From Raillietiella orientalis (Eukaryota), in contig JAYWIR010000008.1 of the NCBI GenBank assembly GCA_036172245.1, forward strand, positions 4,402,001-4,466,000: DNA of 64,000 nucleotides, read 5' to 3'. Position 1 is the first letter of the stretch. Each line of letters opens with the position of its first letter. The notes below the pieces were generated by a model. The model worked only from the letters and a program-made list of their open reading frames with translations. It was not told the origin of the DNA and did not search any database. Below, piece by piece: positions 60,894 through 64,000 of the stretch. Made by a program: the position numbers and the translations under genes.

Positions 60894-61200
60894 TCATCTT
60901 TGATGATCTTGATCGTTCGGGATTTGACGTTCCGAGTGCGAATAGGAGCGCAGGAACGAGCGCTCCGGACGAGGAAAGTAAAACGAGATGAAAATAAAAG
61001 AGAGCGTGCACCGACCGGATGCGTTCTGCCGAAATCGAGCGGAGGCTGTCCGCTTCGCCTTTGCTGGTGGAGGCGCGTGATCTCGGCTCTGCAGCCTGCG
61101 CCTACCGGATCATTATGGTGGTGAGACGTGGCATGGCCAGGTCACGCCTGCCGCACCTATCTCGCCGAGGACTCCGCCGCTCTTACTTTAGTCTGCTTTC

Positions 61201-61243
61201 ATTATTATTATCATCATTATTATTAGTAGTAGTAGTAGTAGTA
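61201..61243. repeat. Compound (ATT)n(ATC)n(AGT)n microsatellite
   Basis: attattattatcatcattattattagtagtagtagtagtagta. Confidence 0.9.
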
Positions 61244-63259
61244 GCCTGCGCCACCATTGCTCGATGGCTGTGCGCTACCGATCGATCGCCGACGGCGAAC
61301 AACTCGGTCTGCATTCATCGAGGCAACGTTGTCGACCTGAGGAGGTGTTCCCCCCCCCCCGTATCAGTTGTGCCTCCGCAGAAGTGTGCTTTTCCACATC
61401 ACACCCATAGCATCTGTTTCGTTCTCTCTCTGCTCCAAGTCTTGCACGATCCCGACTGTGCACCTCCCTGCATCCACGAACGGAGCGAAAGAATAGGGAG
61501 GAACCGAGTGGTAAGGAATGGCTGCCGCCTTTCCGCATGGTTCCGGAATGGGTTTCCCGGCAGCCCCCCCCCCCGCGTTTCGGATCATCTCCTGGTGTAA
61601 TAATCACATTATTATTATTTTCGGCGTCCTGAACGGCAATCCATAATTTTCCTCGATGCGTCGATGTAGATATTCCGAACGCGACATTCGAAAGAGTGAT
61701 CACGAAATTCCGGAAGCACGAGCCAATCATAAGTGTTAATTGCAAGTGATACACGCAAGAGGAGAAAAGGGGCATACGAATGGCAAATGATTCATGAATT
61801 CCCGAATGGAAATCTTGCATGAAAGAAGGGCAGAAAATGCGAGCGATTTTTCTGCCTCCCCCCCCCCCTCCCGCTCGAAAAATCGATATCCGCAGCCTTT
61901 CGATTAGTTTGTGAATTTTCACGAACCCGCACGCGCCCACGGACCTCGGAGACCCATGAAGTGTGGTTCGCTTCCCACCAGCGTGCTTTTGTGTGCTCCC
62001 TAGATGAAGGGACACAGCTTCCAGGCGTTGGCGTCAAGCATGATGCTCCGGACGGGCGGACCGGGTCGCGCCCCAAAGAGTGACCTCGCGCATGGAGTGG
62101 TCCGAACGCTGCCCGAATCGGGTTTTGTTCTGTTCAAATGGTTGGGTCCTTCTGCACTCGGTCCGGCGCCGGAATCGTCCGGCATTCGCGTGCACTTGCC
62201 CTGTGGCAGATTTCCTGCACCATCCGCAGCTCGGTGATCTGCCTAGGTGGGAGGATTCGGGACCGAACGAGGGAAAGCAGCTGCGTGGGTCGACCCGTGA
62301 AGGTATCCGTCTTTTTGCACGGAACCGGTCGTCGGCGCGAGGACCTCATGCTCCCAGGAGATTGCAAAGGAGGGCTTTTCCACTTATCTGCTTTTTTTTC
62401 CTTTTTTTTTTTTTTTTTTTTTTCTTCTTCCTTTTTTTCGAATCGATCGAGATCTGAAAAGAATATCGTAGCGAATAGGCATCGTAGCATTTTTGTCTCT
62501 CCGCTACTCGTCAGCGGAGCTTCGTGGAGCTGCAGATGCAATAGGAACGGATCCCGCCATTGTGGTTTCTGCTCCTGCAGCTGCATTGCTCCGCAGCACC
62601 GGAAAGCAAAGGGCTCGCTCTAGGAGACCGTTCTTGAGCAGCATTGAGATAAATCAGAGGTTCGATCAGCGTGATGCTTCCTCCTCGAGGGTTCGTTGGC
62701 AACAGCCGGGCACAGCACACCCATCGAGACTTCCACGCCTCAAGCAGTGGATGCTGTTTTTCTGCTCCGCCCCGATCAAACATCGTCTCCATTTTTTCCA
62801 TTTCGATTCACATGTGCGTAACGTTCGTGCGTATGTTCTATGCGTTATGCGCATGCGCATGAGCTTCTTCCGTCTTTGCAGACACCTCCATTCAGTTTGA
62901 CAACACGGAATGCCAGGATGCTCGGAATTTCCGGCTGAAGAGGGATGTGTGATCCGCGCTGCGTTTGCTGTGCCCAAAAAGACGCATTGTGGGTCATGCG
63001 ATGCGTCATGCGAGCGAAGCGTTGGCGAACGCGTGCGCGTGCGAGAAACCAAATGGCACTCACTCTTAGGCGGATCAGCAAATGTGTTTCCGGAAACCGT
63101 ACCGAAAACAGTCCTTGCACCCCCATGAAGCTGTCAGCCGCCACGGCGCACAACGCGAGGTCCCCCCGGGCACAGTGAGGGAAAGAGGGCTGGGCACACA
63201 CATGCCACCAAATGAAAGCAGGCCCTACTCGCCACCACAGGGACTCGTACCAAGTTCTT

Positions 63260-63650
63260 GCCTCTGAAGGGACTCTTTTCCGAAGGGAGCAGCGCACTTC
63301 TTACACTCTGGAGATGTGTCAGCCAGCTCCGTGGGAAGGCGAGGGAGGGCGGCTCCATTTTCCTTCACAACCGGGAGGGAAGCCCCGAAGGGAGCCGGCT
63401 CTCTGATTCCTGGAAGGATCCCGGAGGGTCGGCTTCCAGTCCCGGCCATTCAGCGGGAAGTCATCCGGCTTCTGCCGGTGCTGCACTCGAAGCCAACCGA
63501 GGCCAACCCGCGTCATCCTGCACTCGAAACTCACGACGCGCCCCTCCGTTCTCGGCATCCATCCTTCCTTCCCCCAGTGGGATTCGATCCCGCGACGCTT
63601 GGTGCCTAGACGCGCAGAGACCGCAGCCCCACGGCCGCCAATGCGGGCCG
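63260..63650 (-). mobile_element. tRNA-headed SINE-like repeat, copy 4 (3'-truncated)
   Basis: gggattcgatcccgcgacgcttggtgcc (63579) matches copy 2 gggattcgaacccgcgacgcctggtgcc; also shares gattcctggaaggatcc and ccgaagggagcagcgcacttcttacactctgga. Confidence 0.75.
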
Positions 63651-63937
63651 AGTTCTTGGCTCGGCGGCGGCCGTGTGCTGTCTGAGCTTTTGCGGGTCCG
63701 AGTGACGGCGAACGTCATCAGCTGGCTTGTTTCCTGTTTCAGTACCCTCCCCCGCGAGTGACAGTGGGTTTAGAGCGAAAGCACATTCAGGTGCCAACGC
63801 TCTCTGTGGCGACCAGGGTAACCAAGTCACACGATGATGCTGACTATGCCTGCGGGTTCGCTTCTCCTCCTCATCGGATGGATATGATCCGAGTGATGTG
63901 GAGTCGGACTTCTTACTGTCTCTATTCTCTGTATCAG

Positions 63938-63975
63938 CTTCGACAAATGGACTCAATGGAGTCCATTTGTCGAAG
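63938..63975. repeat. Perfect hairpin, 17-bp arms, 4-nt loop
   Basis: cttcgacaaatggactc-aatg-gagtccatttgtcgaag. Confidence 0.95.
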
Positions 63976-64000
63976 ATGCTTGCCGTCCCTCCGCGCGGAC

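Noticed and set aside
1..64000. Prokaryotic or viral gene system, LTR element or telomeric array
   Set aside because: No dense coding architecture, no LTR pair or integrase motifs, and no (TTAGG)n-type array seen.

Overview
Eukaryotic, repeat-rich genomic DNA. It looks animal or arthropod-like; a chelicerate origin is plausible from the LINE motifs but not proven. I see no intact protein-coding gene, RNA gene, CRISPR array or prokaryotic operon. The long ORFs in the track are low-complexity by-products of high GC. The window is mostly decayed non-LTR retrotransposons: about 20 frameshifted remnants (RLE-type plus CR1/L2/I/RTE/L1-like APE-type), most on the minus strand. It also holds four copies of a tRNA-headed SINE-like repeat, several MITE/fold-back elements, perfect short hairpins and microsatellites. 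The most notable signal is an R2/NeSL/Utopia-like family (C2H2 fingers, RT, CCHC, restriction-like endonuclease). In four copies it continues past the endonuclease into a second, L1/Tx1-type zf-RVT-like module. Also notable are the strong antisense orientation bias and an apparent A/T->G/C erosion in the first ~42 kb. All domain calls come from manual translation across frameshifts, and element boundaries are approximate (about +/-50-100 bp) unless a motif is quoted.
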